Part shown: positions 19,090 to 29,396 of the stretch, in pieces
Layout: the number at the start of each line of letters is the position of its first letter
Position numbering within the stretch: position 1 is the first letter of the stretch
Assembly (NCBI GenBank): GCA_040389905.1
Contig: JAZJZK010000023.1
Coordinates: forward strand, 160,407 to 224,406
Direction of reading: 5' to 3'
DNA: 64,000 bases
From: Gemmatimonadota bacterium
GTDB taxonomy: Bacteria; Gemmatimonadota; Gemmatimonadetes; Gemmatimonadales; Gemmatimonadaceae
Program-made: the position numbers and the translations under genes
The notes under the pieces: generated by a model
What the model saw: the letters and a program-made list of their open reading frames with translations, nothing else
The model's database searches: none
Told to the model about the DNA's origin: nothing

Positions 19090-19110
19090 ACCGCGCACGT
19101 CGCCCTGTAG

Positions 19111-19665
19111 CTAAATCTTGACGATGACGCCGCAGGCAATGCGGTTGCCGGTCGCGCCACTCGGGTCTGTTCGCTGGTCGTCCGGCAACGCATGGAGCAC
19201 GATCGCGCTTCCGTCCGCATCGAGCAGCGAGTTGGGACCCGGCGACAACGTGACGCGCGAGGTCCGAACCTCGAAGTGCGACTTGCCCATGTAGTCCACC
19301 GTGATCGCTTCGAGATCGCCCGCATGCGGTCCATCGGGAACCAGCAGACCGTGCTTCTTTCCAGCAGGATTGAAGTGTCCTCCGGCGGCGGCGAACATCT
19401 GCGCGGGCACGCACGAGCCGATGGCGTGAAAGTGGATGCCATGCTGACCCGGCGTTGCGCCGCGGCTCACCTCGATCTCGAGATCCACGCCACTCGCGCC
19501 AGGCTTCTCCGTCAGCTTGACGGAGCCGATCTCGCGGCCAAGGGTGTCGAGCAGGAAGGCCTTCGCGCGAATTGCGCCGTCATTCGGAATGACAGCGGCG
19601 CGGTTGCATGCGGCGGCGCCGATCAGCGAGATCAGGCCAATCGTCGAGAGTAGCGTGCGGCTCAT
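19111..19665 (-). CDS. sodC: Cu/Zn superoxide dismutase, probable lipoprotein
   Basis: HGIHFH, GGHFNP, HAGDL, VLHALPDD, RIACG; lipobox-like AAAC. Confidence 0.93.
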   Translation of the reverse strand: MSRTLLSTIGLISLIGAAACNRAAVIPNDGAIRAKAFLLDTLGREIGSVKLTEKPGASGVDLEIEVSRGATPGQHGIHFHAIGSCVPAQMFAAAGGHFNPAGKKHGLLVPDGPHAGDLEAITVDYMGKSHFEVRTSRVTLSPGPNSLLDADGSAIVLHALPDDQRTDPSGATGNRIACGVIVKI

Positions 19666-19686
19666 AGTCGTCCGGTTGGGTGCGAG

Positions 19687-21654
19687 TCAGCTTTCTTGTG
19701 CTTCGTACATCTCCTTCAGCGAATTTACCACATTCGGATCGGCAAGCGTGGTCGTATCGCCCAGCGCGCGCCCTTCGGCGATGTCGCGCAGCAGGCGGCG
19801 CATGATTTTCCCCGAACGCGTCTTCGGCAAATCGGCGCTGAACAGGATGTCGTCCGGCCGAGCGATCGCGCCGATCTTCAGTGCCACGAACTCGCGGAGC
19901 TCGTCACGAAGGGCGGGGGTCTGTGTGAAGCCTTCGCGCAGTGTGACGAACGCCGCAAGCGCCTGACCCTTCAGCTCGTGCGCCTTGCCCACCACGGCAG
20001 CTTCGGCGACGGCCGGATGCTCCACGAGTGCGCTCTCCACTTCCATGGTGCCGATGCGATGTCCGGCGACGTTCAGCACATCGTCGACGCGGCCGAGGAT
20101 CCAGTAGTTCCCGTCGTCGTCGCGCTTGGCGCCGTCGCCGGGGAAGTAGATGTCCGGTCGTCCCGGCCACTTCGAGAAATACGTCTCGACGTAGCGGTTG
20201 TCGTCACCCCAGATGGTGCGGAGCATCGACGGCCATGGTCTCATGATCGCCAGCAGACCGCCGCCGACCGTGATCTCGTTCGCCTTCGCATCGAGCAGTG
20301 CCACCGTGAAGCCCGGCATCGGCGTGGTTGCGCTTCCCGGGGTCGTCGCCGTGATGCCCGGCAACGGAGAAATGGCGATGGCGCCCGTTTCCGTCTGCCA
20401 CCACGTGTCAACGATCGGACAGCGGTTTCCTCCGATGTGCTCGCGATACCACATCCACGCTTCGGGATTGATCGGCTCACCGACGGAGCCGAGGAGCCGC
20501 AGCCGCGACAGGTCATGCTTCGCGGGCCATTGGTCGCCCCATTTCATGAAGGCGCGAATGGCCGTGGGCGCGGTATACAGAATCGTGACGCCGTGCCGCT
20601 CGCAGATCTCCCAGAAGCGATCCTTTTCCGGCCAGTCGGGTGCGCCCTCGTACATCATGCACGTCGCGCCGTTCGCGAGCGGTCCGTAGACGAGATACGA
20701 GTGTCCCGTCACCCAGCCGACATCGGCGGTGCACCAGAAGACGTCGTCCTCCTTGAGGTCGAATACGAGCTTGGTGGACGACGCCGCGCCGACGAGGTAG
20801 CCGCCCGTGGTGTGCACGATGCCCTTCGGCTTGCCCGTCGTGCCGGAGGTATACAGGATGAAAAGAGGATCTTCCGCGTCCATTACTTCGGGCTCGCACC
20901 ACATCGGAGCATTGCGCATGAGGCGATGCCACCACTTGTCGCGGCCGTCGGTCATTTCCGCGCCCGCCTCGCCACTGACCGCACCGGCCCGCCGTTGCAC
21001 GACGATGCAATGCTCGATCGACGGTGTCTCCTCCATCGCCTTGTCCGCATTGCGCTTGAGCGGAACGATCGAGCCGCGACGATATCCGCCGTCTGCGGTG
21101 ATGAGCACCTTGCACTGGGAGTCGTTGATGCGGTCGCGCACGGATTCGGGGGAGAACCCACCGAAGATCACCGAGTGAATTGCGCCGATGCGTGCACATC
21201 CGAGCATCGCGATCGCGGCCTCGGGGATCAGCGGCAGATAGATCGCCACGCGGTCACCCCTCTTCACGCCGAGTGACTTGAGGACGTTCGCGAATTGATT
21301 GACCGCGACGTACATGTCCCAGTATGTCAGCGTGCGGCGGTCGCCGGGCTCGCCCTCGAAGACGAACGCCGCCTTGTTGCGGCGTGCGCCCTTGATGTGG
21401 CGGTCCACGCAATTGACCGACACGTTCAGCTTGCCGTTGACGAACCACTCGGCGTGGGGGGGCTTCCAGTCCAGCACCTGGGTCCACGGCGAGATCCACT
21501 CCAGCGACTTCGCCTGCTCCGCCCAATACGCCTCCGGATCGGCAGCCGCGCGCTCGTAGATCTCGGGCGTCGAGTCATTCGCCGCGGAACGGAACTCCGC
21601 GCTCGGCTCGAACTTGCGGTGCTCCTGCAGCAGGACGTCAATATCGTCGGACAT
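19687..21654 (-). CDS. acs: acetate--CoA ligase
   Basis: [43 protein letters not shown]; start MSDDIDVLL at 21654. Confidence 0.97.
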   Translation of the reverse strand: MSDDIDVLLQEHRKFEPSAEFRSAANDSTPEIYERAAADPEAYWAEQAKSLEWISPWTQVLDWKPPHAEWFVNGKLNVSVNCVDRHIKGARRNKAAFVFEGEPGDRRTLTYWDMYVAVNQFANVLKSLGVKRGDRVAIYLPLIPEAAIAMLGCARIGAIHSVIFGGFSPESVRDRINDSQCKVLITADGGYRRGSIVPLKRNADKAMEETPSIEHCIVVQRRAGAVSGEAGAEMTDGRDKWWHRLMRNAPMWCEPEVMDAEDPLFILYTSGTTGKPKGIVHTTGGYLVGAASSTKLVFDLKEDDVFWCTADVGWVTGHSYLVYGPLANGATCMMYEGAPDWPEKDRFWEICERHGVTILYTAPTAIRAFMKWGDQWPAKHDLSRLRLLGSVGEPINPEAWMWYREHIGGNRCPIVDTWWQTETGAIAISPLPGITATTPGSATTPMPGFTVALLDAKANEITVGGGLLAIMRPWPSMLRTIWGDDNRYVETYFSKWPGRPDIYFPGDGAKRDDDGNYWILGRVDDVLNVAGHRIGTMEVESALVEHPAVAEAAVVGKAHELKGQALAAFVTLREGFTQTPALRDELREFVALKIGAIARPDDILFSADLPKTRSGKIMRRLLRDIAEGRALGDTTTLADPNVVNSLKEMYEAQES

Positions 21655-21732
21655 GATGAGCGGCTCGTGGGAAGGCAGTAAGCGAGCATTCTGACGCGGT
21701 GCGGGCCGGGAATCAACCCATTGGACAAAGAC

Positions 21733-21785
21733 CGTAACAACAGGCGCTGGCCCGTCACGTCGTTCAGGCGACAGAACACGCGGGA
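21733..21785. repeat. degenerate REP-like copy
   Basis: CGTAACAACAGGCGCTGGCCCGTCACGTCGTTCAGGCGACAGAACACGCGG resembles 19037-19088. Confidence 0.65.
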
Positions 21786-21989
21786 TCTGGAGCCGGACTG
21801 GCGCTTTGCACAAAGCGGGCTCATGTTGGCTAGCCCCCGTTTACGCCAGCCGCGCACCCTAAGCGCTGAATCGGCGTGTTGAACGCTTTGAGCTCAGGCG
21901 GCGCCGCCTCCTCAAGCGCACGAGATGCCCCTCCCGTTTTGACTCGCCGGCAGACGCCGGCCAAGAGTCCGGTGCGAGAACACCACGGC

Positions 21990-24900
21990 ATGGCAATCAC
22001 CGAATCGCGTACCCTGCACTTCGACCTCGCACACATCACCTGCGATAGCCCGCTCACCTTCCATCAGTCGCTGAAGGACTACGCGGTCAGTGAACACACC
22101 GACGCGAGCCGCGCGGCCGCCCGGGAGGAGTATGCGTTCCTGAAGCTGATCCCGGACAAGAATCTCACGCATTTCGTCGATGTCCCGGACATCTCGCGCG
22201 ACCAGCTGGTGCTCACGTACATCACGAAGCGCAAGGTCATCGGGGACCAAGAGGTCGATGCACCAATCCATCTGGGCGTGTATCTGCCCGCGATCGGCCT
22301 CGCGCATGCGGCCACCTGGATCAAGGCCAACCGCGCCCCCGGCGTGGTCGGAGGTGTGGGCGGGGTGCATCACGCGCTCGCTCGCTTCGGCGTGACGCCG
22401 GAGAGCTTCGCCGCTACCGTGGGAAGCGACGCCGACCCGGAGTTTCCGGCGCACATCAACACCCTTCAAGACGCCACCGACGCGGCGGTCGGGCTGCTGT
22501 TTCATCATCCGACGCTGATCAACCTCAACACCGACAACAGCAGCGCGATTCCCGCCTACATCATCACCCAGCACATCGTGCCCGCGGTGCAGTACGCCAA
22601 TGATCTCATGGACGAGATCTTCATGGATGGTGATGGCTATCTGGTGACGAGTACCTACACTGCGGCCGATGGCACACAGGTGACGTCAACGTTGCCGAGC
22701 ACCGATGTGCAGCAAGTCGTTGCGGGCTCGCTGACGATGGCAATTCGGACGTCGCAAGCGGATACACAACTCCTCGGACAGCAGTGGAACTACCAATACA
22801 GTTCCACGAGTGCGCCGTACGGAGGTACGATGCAGTCGTCGCCGTCCTCGCCGGCCCACTCCGATGTAATTGAAGTGGCGTTGGACGTGGCGCCCGGTGG
22901 GACGACGTGGGTCGCGCGCAACGTGTCGCAGACGAACGGCCTGAGCATCGGCACTCCCACCGTGACACCGCCCCCTGCCGGCGACAGCTGGTATGCGTAT
23001 GGCGTGTGGTCGCAGAACGACGTCGCGCCGATGAAGCCATTCAGCGCCGCGATGCTCGCCGCGCTCCAGGGCGGCACCCTGTATCTCCAGGTCGCCGCGA
23101 CCGGTACGACGGCATTCACGATGTCTGGCCAACTCGTGCTTGGAACGACGCCCGATCCCACGACGGGATTGACCACGGTTTCCGTCACCCTGGCCCCGGT
23201 TGGCACGCCGCCGGCCACGCTGCCCACGACGAGTGTCACCATGACGCTCAACTCGGGCAAGACGGGGCTGACCTACGAAATCACCGCTGACGGGTTGGGC
23301 ACGTCGGCAACGTGCGGTTTCTTCACCATCACGGGCGGAGCCGCGCCGGTCGAGGTGTGTGCGCTTCCATTCAGCAACTACGGCGACTTCGGGACCATTA
23401 CCGTCGATTGCACGAACACCTACCTGCGGCATCTCTCGGTGTACGTGCAGTACCTCGGCGTTGGAGGCAAGGTTCTCGCACCACCCACGAGCTGGGTCGA
23501 CGGATTGCCATCGTGGCTCGTCGACACTTTCCAGTCTGATCCGACAAAGAAATTCCTCAGCGTCGTTTCGCCGGTGACGACGGTCTTCGGGATTCCCGTG
23601 CCGGCGACGCCCACGACGCTGAGCATTCCGATCTGGGAGGAAGTCAGCACGGTCAGGCTGCTGTGGGGAGGACTCGGCTGCGGCAACTACGATGCCGGGG
23701 TGTGTCCTGTCGGCATCGTGTTGACGGCGTTGTGCGAGTTGGTCATGCCGCCGTTCATGATGGTCGCTGGTGCGGCGATCACGAACTCGAAGTTCGTCGT
23801 GGGCCTGATGGCCGACAAGGAAGTCCTGTACGCCGTGTGTGCGGCCGGTGCGTTTCTGGTTTCCGGTCCGACCGCGGCGTACATCGCGCTGTCACAGGAT
23901 CCGAGCGGCGCGGCAACGGGGCTAACGGAAAAGTTTGCGCCGGAACTCCTCTCGGCGACCACCTCGCTCGGGAAGTGGGTCGCGGAACAGATCGTCAAGG
24001 GCACGGCCGAAAAGGCGACGCCGTTCATCGACGTTGCGCTAGCGATCGTCAATGGCGCCGCCACGGCGGCGGAGCTCGCGATGACGATCATCGACGTGTT
24101 GGACTCACCCTTCGTCTACGAGACGGATTTCGTCTCATCGGTGGATATCGTCGTTACGCTCAACCCAGACCCGCGTTTCAACAAGTTCCCCGACTACCAC
24201 GATCATTTCACCGTCACCGTGTCGTACGATGTGGGCACGACCTTGCCGACCAAGAACTTCAATCTTCCAATCACGACACAGAGCGACCCGATCACCGTGA
24301 CGTTCACCGCCGTTCCCGCCGGAGGAATGGCGTGCGTGCAGGCGTTCTTCTATGCGGCGAACGACTGGCAGTCGGGACAGGGCGTGAGTGAATGGGTGTC
24401 GGTTGTGGGAGGGACGAATGGAGACGTTGCGATTGCCCTCACGATTACGACAAACGAGGTCACGCTCACCAAGAGCTCCGTGTACTACCATGTGCAGAAG
24501 CTCGCACTGGTCGACAATGTGCTGACATGGCAAGCGGCGCTGGACGCGCCACCAACGGCGACCATCAAGACCACGCCGCCGCCCTTTTTGAAACAGGGCC
24601 AGGCCGTCATGAACTACTGCGGGATCACGATGAATCAGCAGGCCGAGATGATCGGCCTTTCGTACCAGGCGAGTGGGCTGGGTCTCCCGCAGGACTTCGT
24701 GGGCTCGCAGATCTCCAACGATGCGCTCTTCATGGTGGAGAATCTCTCGCTGCTCGCGAATCCGGAGACAGGGACGAGCGTGCCGCCGGTTGCGTTCTCG
24801 GGTACGGCGGGCATGGCGTATAACATGGCGGCGGCCCAAGGTTCGACGGGCACGTCGTTCTTCCTCGACAGCAGCCCGGGAAAGTTCAACGCGACGAGCA

Positions 24901-25637
24901 ATCCCGCCGGCGGCGTGCACGCGCGCAGCATTGTACTGACGCCCAACACGCCGCCGACCTTCGGCACAAACTCCAATTCGAGTTACGGACGCTTTCCCTC
25001 CCCACTGCTGCGTTACGTCGTTCATCCGCAGGGCATCATCTTCGGTATCAGCCTGGATACCCACAAGATCTTCATCCTGACGCTCGCCAGTGTGCCCGGT
25101 CCCGACGCGTCAGCGCCGCTGGCGACGCTCGCCTCGGGTCAGGGGTTTCGTGATGGCCTCATTTCCGGTCCGGCCGGTATCGCGGTCGCACTCGACGGAC
25201 GTGTGCTGATCCTCGAGTCGCTCAACCAGCGCATCCAGGCGTTTGACACGCGCGGCAAGCCGGTGCCGTACTTCGCCGGCATTCCGAGTCCGTTGAATCC
25301 AACGCCGGGCTTGGTGCCCACGATGTTGCTCCGCTCGACGCCGAACGCCACCTATCTCGACCTCTCGGTGGAATCCTTCGGCTACATCTACGTCCTCTAC
25401 TATACCGGCGACGGTTCGCAGCCGAGCGACTACGCCGTGGACATCTATCAGCCGAACGGGAAGTTCCTCGCCTCCACGCCCAATGTTGCCGCGGCGAACC
25501 TTGTCGTGGACATCCTCCGAAACATGTGGACGATGAACTACGAGACGATCCTCGATGCGCACGGCTTGCCGCAACCATCGGTGAGTCAATGGATGCCGCC
25601 GGCGCCTCCGCCTCCTCCGTCGGGGGGGAGCGTCTGA
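21990..25637 (+). CDS. large hypothetical protein (1215 aa): CHRD-like insert, central hydrophobic helices, C-terminal NHL-like beta-propeller
   Basis: long uninterrupted Thr/Val/Pro-rich ORF; GPAGIAVALDGRVLILESLNQRIQAFD resembles an NHL repeat; start ATG 21990 (GTG 21876 possible). Confidence 0.85.
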   Translation: MAITESRTLHFDLAHITCDSPLTFHQSLKDYAVSEHTDASRAAAREEYAFLKLIPDKNLTHFVDVPDISRDQLVLTYITKRKVIGDQEVDAPIHLGVYLPAIGLAHAATWIKANRAPGVVGGVGGVHHALARFGVTPESFAATVGSDADPEFPAHINTLQDATDAAVGLLFHHPTLINLNTDNSSAIPAYIITQHIVPAVQYANDLMDEIFMDGDGYLVTSTYTAADGTQVTSTLPSTDVQQVVAGSLTMAIRTSQADTQLLGQQWNYQYSSTSAPYGGTMQSSPSSPAHSDVIEVALDVAPGGTTWVARNVSQTNGLSIGTPTVTPPPAGDSWYAYGVWSQNDVAPMKPFSAAMLAALQGGTLYLQVAATGTTAFTMSGQLVLGTTPDPTTGLTTVSVTLAPVGTPPATLPTTSVTMTLNSGKTGLTYEITADGLGTSATCGFFTITGGAAPVEVCALPFSNYGDFGTITVDCTNTYLRHLSVYVQYLGVGGKVLAPPTSWVDGLPSWLVDTFQSDPTKKFLSVVSPVTTVFGIPVPATPTTLSIPIWEEVSTVRLLWGGLGCGNYDAGVCPVGIVLTALCELVMPPFMMVAGAAITNSKFVVGLMADKEVLYAVCAAGAFLVSGPTAAYIALSQDPSGAATGLTEKFAPELLSATTSLGKWVAEQIVKGTAEKATPFIDVALAIVNGAATAAELAMTIIDVLDSPFVYETDFVSSVDIVVTLNPDPRFNKFPDYHDHFTVTVSYDVGTTLPTKNFNLPITTQSDPITVTFTAVPAGGMACVQAFFYAANDWQSGQGVSEWVSVVGGTNGDVAIALTITTNEVTLTKSSVYYHVQKLALVDNVLTWQAALDAPPTATIKTTPPPFLKQGQAVMNYCGITMNQQAEMIGLSYQASGLGLPQDFVGSQISNDALFMVENLSLLANPETGTSVPPVAFSGTAGMAYNMAAAQGSTGTSFFLDSSPGKFNATSNPAGGVHARSIVLTPNTPPTFGTNSNSSYGRFPSPLLRYVVHPQGIIFGISLDTHKIFILTLASVPGPDASAPLATLASGQGFRDGLISGPAGIAVALDGRVLILESLNQRIQAFDTRGKPVPYFAGIPSPLNPTPGLVPTMLLRSTPNATYLDLSVESFGYIYVLYYTGDGSQPSDYAVDIYQPNGKFLASTPNVAAANLVVDILRNMWTMNYETILDAHGLPQPSVSQWMPPAPPPPPSGGSV

Positions 25638-27457
25638 TGCTCAACGAGTTCAGGTTTTACGGAAAGTGGCAAGTACGCACCGACAAGGTGGTGACCTTCA
25701 CCAGCACCGACGGAAGCGGTGGCCCGGAGGGGTCTGTGTTGATCGCGTACGACGCCGGATCCGCAGGGTACAGTGGCGAGAACGTCGCGGTGCAACTGGC
25801 GTGGAATCAGCCGGGCGCGACCACGCCCGGAGACCTGTTGTACGTCTATGAGGCCGCACAGGGCGGCAACTTCGGGGTGCTTCAGGCGAGGAATTCGTTC
25901 GCAGACGGGTATGCGCCGATCTCAGTCATGTTGCTCCCAAAGGCGACAACCCCGCTGCTGAATTGCAACGGAAACTTCAACAGCGCGCTGGGATACTATC
26001 CCAACGGCGGGTTCGGGTTCGATTACACGAGCCAGCAGAAGCCAAAGGGATATACGCTCGTCGTCTATGCCGCGAGCGCGAAAGACCTTCGCGCGAAGGT
26101 CACGGCAAGCACCACCGACTACTCGTGGGTGGCGCTCAACGGTGAAGATTATTCGAAACTCGACCTGAAGGGTGCGAACTTCGCCTACGCCGACCTCACG
26201 AACACGAACCTCGGCGGATCGAATCTCGCGGGCGCTGTGTTCGAAAACGTGGTGTCGGTGTCCGGTACCACGTTGTCCGGCTGCAATCTCGCCGGCGCGA
26301 ACTTCACCAACGTGACCATCAGCGGCAAGAATCTCGACGGGAGTACACTGGACGGCGCGACCGTGACGGGCGCTTCGCTGGCGGGCACGCTCTTCCAGGT
26401 GCTCAATGGGAAAGCAGCCAGTCTCCAGAACATCGATTTCACGACGGCCAAGACGATTGCCGGTGCGCAGTTTACCGGCGCAGACCTGTCGGGGTCGACG
26501 TTTAACGGGCTCGATCTCACCGGCATCGACTTCAGCGGATGTACGCTCGCGGGCACCAAGTTCGTGGGGTGCGACCTCACGAAAGCGACGTTCAACACGC
26601 TACCGACATTCTCGACAACCGACTCCGTGCTCACGGAGTTCGCGAAAGCGACGCTTCCTGCAACGCTCATTGGGCTCGATTGGTCGTATCTCGATCTCTC
26701 CTATGCGACCATCGTCAACCTTCCGCCGACGCTGACGGGACTGCAGGCCGTCTGGGCGAATCTCACAGGATTGAATCTCACCGGGCTGAAGATCCACAAC
26801 GGCACGTTCGACAATGCCACGATGCAGAACGTCGTGCTCGCCAACGCCGACCTCACGGCGAGCTCGTTCAATACGACCCACTTCCAGGGAGACGACACGA
26901 CGCCCTCGGCCACACTCACCAACTGCATGTTGATGGATTGCGTTTTTGACAACGCGAACCTCACGAATGTCGACCTCACGGGCGCATATCTGTACGGGGC
27001 GAACGCATCGTTGAAGGCCGCGACGATCCTGCTGGCAATCTTTGCGGACGCGTACCTCGTCGGGCTCGATTTCTCGGGAGTGGTCAACGCGGATTTCCAG
27101 GGCGTGACCTTCTCGGGGGCCTGCTTGATCAACGCCAATTTCGCGAGCTGCAACATCGCACCATATCTCGGTCGTCCGACCACGTTCGCGAATGCGTGCC
27201 TGCAGGGTGCAAATTTCACGGGGGCGACGGTCGTCGGGTGCAACCTGTTCGACGCCGCCGTTGCCAGTGCTGCGGGTTCAATCAACGTAACGATTACCCT
27301 GAGAGGCCAGCCGATCACGCAGAGCCAGGCCTACGCGCAAGCCACGCTGGGATTGCCGGCGGTCACCAACATCACCACCGTCTGTCCCAACGGGTCGAAG
27401 GGCCCGTGCACCGTTCCGCAACTCGTCGCGCCAAATCCTCCAACTGCGTGGCCCTAG
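25637..27457 (+). CDS. pentapeptide repeat protein (606 aa) with an unknown N-terminal domain
   Basis: dozens of A(N/D)(L/F)xx repeats (ANFAYADLTNTNLGGSNLAG); TGATG coupling to the upstream gene; C-terminal VCPNG cap. Confidence 0.92.
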   Translation: MLNEFRFYGKWQVRTDKVVTFTSTDGSGGPEGSVLIAYDAGSAGYSGENVAVQLAWNQPGATTPGDLLYVYEAAQGGNFGVLQARNSFADGYAPISVMLLPKATTPLLNCNGNFNSALGYYPNGGFGFDYTSQQKPKGYTLVVYAASAKDLRAKVTASTTDYSWVALNGEDYSKLDLKGANFAYADLTNTNLGGSNLAGAVFENVVSVSGTTLSGCNLAGANFTNVTISGKNLDGSTLDGATVTGASLAGTLFQVLNGKAASLQNIDFTTAKTIAGAQFTGADLSGSTFNGLDLTGIDFSGCTLAGTKFVGCDLTKATFNTLPTFSTTDSVLTEFAKATLPATLIGLDWSYLDLSYATIVNLPPTLTGLQAVWANLTGLNLTGLKIHNGTFDNATMQNVVLANADLTASSFNTTHFQGDDTTPSATLTNCMLMDCVFDNANLTNVDLTGAYLYGANASLKAATILLAIFADAYLVGLDFSGVVNADFQGVTFSGACLINANFASCNIAPYLGRPTTFANACLQGANFTGATVVGCNLFDAAVASAAGSINVTITLRGQPITQSQAYAQATLGLPAVTNITTVCPNGSKGPCTVPQLVAPNPPTAWP

Positions 27458-27564
27458 ACCGGCCAGAGTTAAGGAATTCACACCTGTCGGTTCGCTCACG
27501 GTGGCGCTTCCGGTCAACGGTGTCATCGTGCAGTTTCCGGCACCCAATTTCGGAGTGAATTGCA

Positions 27565-29196
27565 ATGAAGGATCAGATGGTGCTGTCTGCCGGCGAAGTA
27601 CGGCGAGTCATTTTCGCGTCGTCGCTCGGCACCGTCTTCGAATGGTACGATTTCTACCTGTACGGTTCGCTCGCTGCGATCATCAGCAAGCAGTTCTTCT
27701 CGGGCGTCACGAGCCCGACGGGCGCGTTCCTCTTCGCGCTGCTGGCCTTCGCGGCGGGTTTTGCCGTGCGACCGTTTGGCGCAGTGTTCTTCGGCCGACT
27801 CGGCGACCTGGTGGGACGGAAATACACCTTCCTGATCACCATCCTCATCATGGGCGTTTCGACGTCCGTCGTGGGATTCCTGCCGAGTTACGCGAAGATC
27901 GGCGTGGCTGCGCCGGTGCTGTTGATCCTCATGCGCCTGCTCCAGGGGCTGGCCCTGGGCGGCGAGTACGGTGGCGCCGCGACCTATGTCGCCGAGCATG
28001 CGCCAAAGGGAAAGCGCGGCGCGTACACGTCGTGGATTCAGACAACGGCAACGCTTGGACTCTTCCTGTCGCTCCTCGTCATTCTCGGCTGCCGCACGGC
28101 GCTCGGTACTGAGAAATTCGAGGCGTGGGGATGGCGTATTCCCTTTCTCGTCTCGCTGTTGCTGCTCGGCGTCTCAGTGTGGATTCGTCTCAAGCTGAAC
28201 GAGTCGCCGCTCTTCCAGCAGATGAAGGCCGAAGGCAAGACGTCGAAGGCGCCGCTCACGGAATCCTTCGCGGAATGGGGCAACCTCAAGCTGGTGCTGA
28301 TTGCGCTGTTCGGATTGACGGCGGGTCAGGCGGTGGTGTGGTACACGGGCCAATTCTACACCCTGTTCTTTTTGACGCAGACGTTGAAAGTAGACCCGCA
28401 GACGGCGAACCTGCTGATCGCGGGTTCACTGTTGCTCGGCACACCGTTCTTTCTCGTGTTCGGATCGCTGTCCGATCGCATCGGGAGGAAGCCGATCATC
28501 ATGGGCGGCTTGCTGCTCGCCGTGCTGACGTACTTTCCGATCTTCAAGTCCATCACCCACTTCGCGAATCCGGCGCTCGAAGCCGCGCAGGGCACATCAC
28601 CTGTGGCAGTGCACGCCGACCCTCTGAACTGCTCGGTGCAGTGGGATCCCGTCGGCAAGTCGAAGTTCACGCTTCCCTGTGACGTCGCGAAGGCGGCGCT
28701 GGTGAAGCGGGGGATTCCCTACACGAATACCGCCGCGACGGGCGCTGGGGCGACGGTGAGCGTGGGAGTTGTGGAGATTCCCTCGTACGATGCGTCGGCG
28801 GCAAACGCGAAGGAATCGGCGACGGCATTCGATGCCGCGCTCGGGAAAGCATTGGCGGATGCCAAGTATCCCGTGAAGGCCGACTCCGCGGCGATGAACA
28901 TTCCGATGGTCCTCGTGCTGCTCACGATCCTCGTGCTGTACGTGACGATGGTCTACGGTCCTATCGCGGCAATGCTCGTGGAGATGTTCCCGACGAAGAT
29001 TCGTTACACGTCCATGTCGCTTCCGTACCACATCGGGAACGGCTGGTTTGGCGGATTCTTGCCAACGACGGCGTTTGCGATTGTTGCGGCGAAGGGGGAC
29101 ATCTACTCGGGTTTGTGGTACCCGGTGATCATCGCCGCGCTCACGCTCGTGGTCGGGACGATATTCGTCAAAGAGACGAAGGATGTGGATATTTAG
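27565..29196 (+). CDS. MFS transporter, metabolite:H+ symporter family
   Basis: GTVFEWYDFYLY, FGRLGDLVGRK, GGEYGGA, SLPYHIGNGWFGG. Confidence 0.95.
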   Translation: MKDQMVLSAGEVRRVIFASSLGTVFEWYDFYLYGSLAAIISKQFFSGVTSPTGAFLFALLAFAAGFAVRPFGAVFFGRLGDLVGRKYTFLITILIMGVSTSVVGFLPSYAKIGVAAPVLLILMRLLQGLALGGEYGGAATYVAEHAPKGKRGAYTSWIQTTATLGLFLSLLVILGCRTALGTEKFEAWGWRIPFLVSLLLLGVSVWIRLKLNESPLFQQMKAEGKTSKAPLTESFAEWGNLKLVLIALFGLTAGQAVVWYTGQFYTLFFLTQTLKVDPQTANLLIAGSLLLGTPFFLVFGSLSDRIGRKPIIMGGLLLAVLTYFPIFKSITHFANPALEAAQGTSPVAVHADPLNCSVQWDPVGKSKFTLPCDVAKAALVKRGIPYTNTAATGAGATVSVGVVEIPSYDASAANAKESATAFDAALGKALADAKYPVKADSAAMNIPMVLVLLTILVLYVTMVYGPIAAMLVEMFPTKIRYTSMSLPYHIGNGWFGGFLPTTAFAIVAAKGDIYSGLWYPVIIAALTLVVGTIFVKETKDVDI

Positions 29197-29238
29197 AGGA
29201 CAGAACTACCGACGGCATCGCGTTCGGTCTGGCGACAT

Positions 29239-29382
29239 CAGAAGTTCAGAGGGATAGGTGCTCAGCCCTCAGCCGCAGCCGACAGATTGTCAGGTGCTCG
29301 GTGCAGTGCGCTCATTCCGCCTCTCCCCCTGAGAATCTGTTAGCTGTGGCTGACTACTGAGCACCAGAATCCCTGAAATCTG
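29239..29382. repeat. long imperfect inverted repeat, family A, between convergent genes
   Basis: GGTGCTCAGCCCTCAGCCGCAGCCGACAGATTGTCAGG pairs with CCTGAGAATCTGTTAGCTGTGGCTGACTACTGAGCACC. Confidence 0.88.
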
Positions 29383-29396
29383 CACCGTTTTCCGCG

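Noticed and set aside
19696..21276. 526-aa plus-strand ORF
   Set aside because: Antisense shadow of acs, as is typical of high-GC codon usage
21876..21989. Possible Tat signal (LTRRQ) in an upstream extension of the large protein
   Set aside because: No hydrophobic h-region follows the Arg pair
21957..27470. CCGGCCAAGAGT / CCGGCCAGAGT as a target-site duplication around the two-gene insert
   Set aside because: The match is short, gapped and GC-rich, so it is expected by chance, and no integrase or transposase is present
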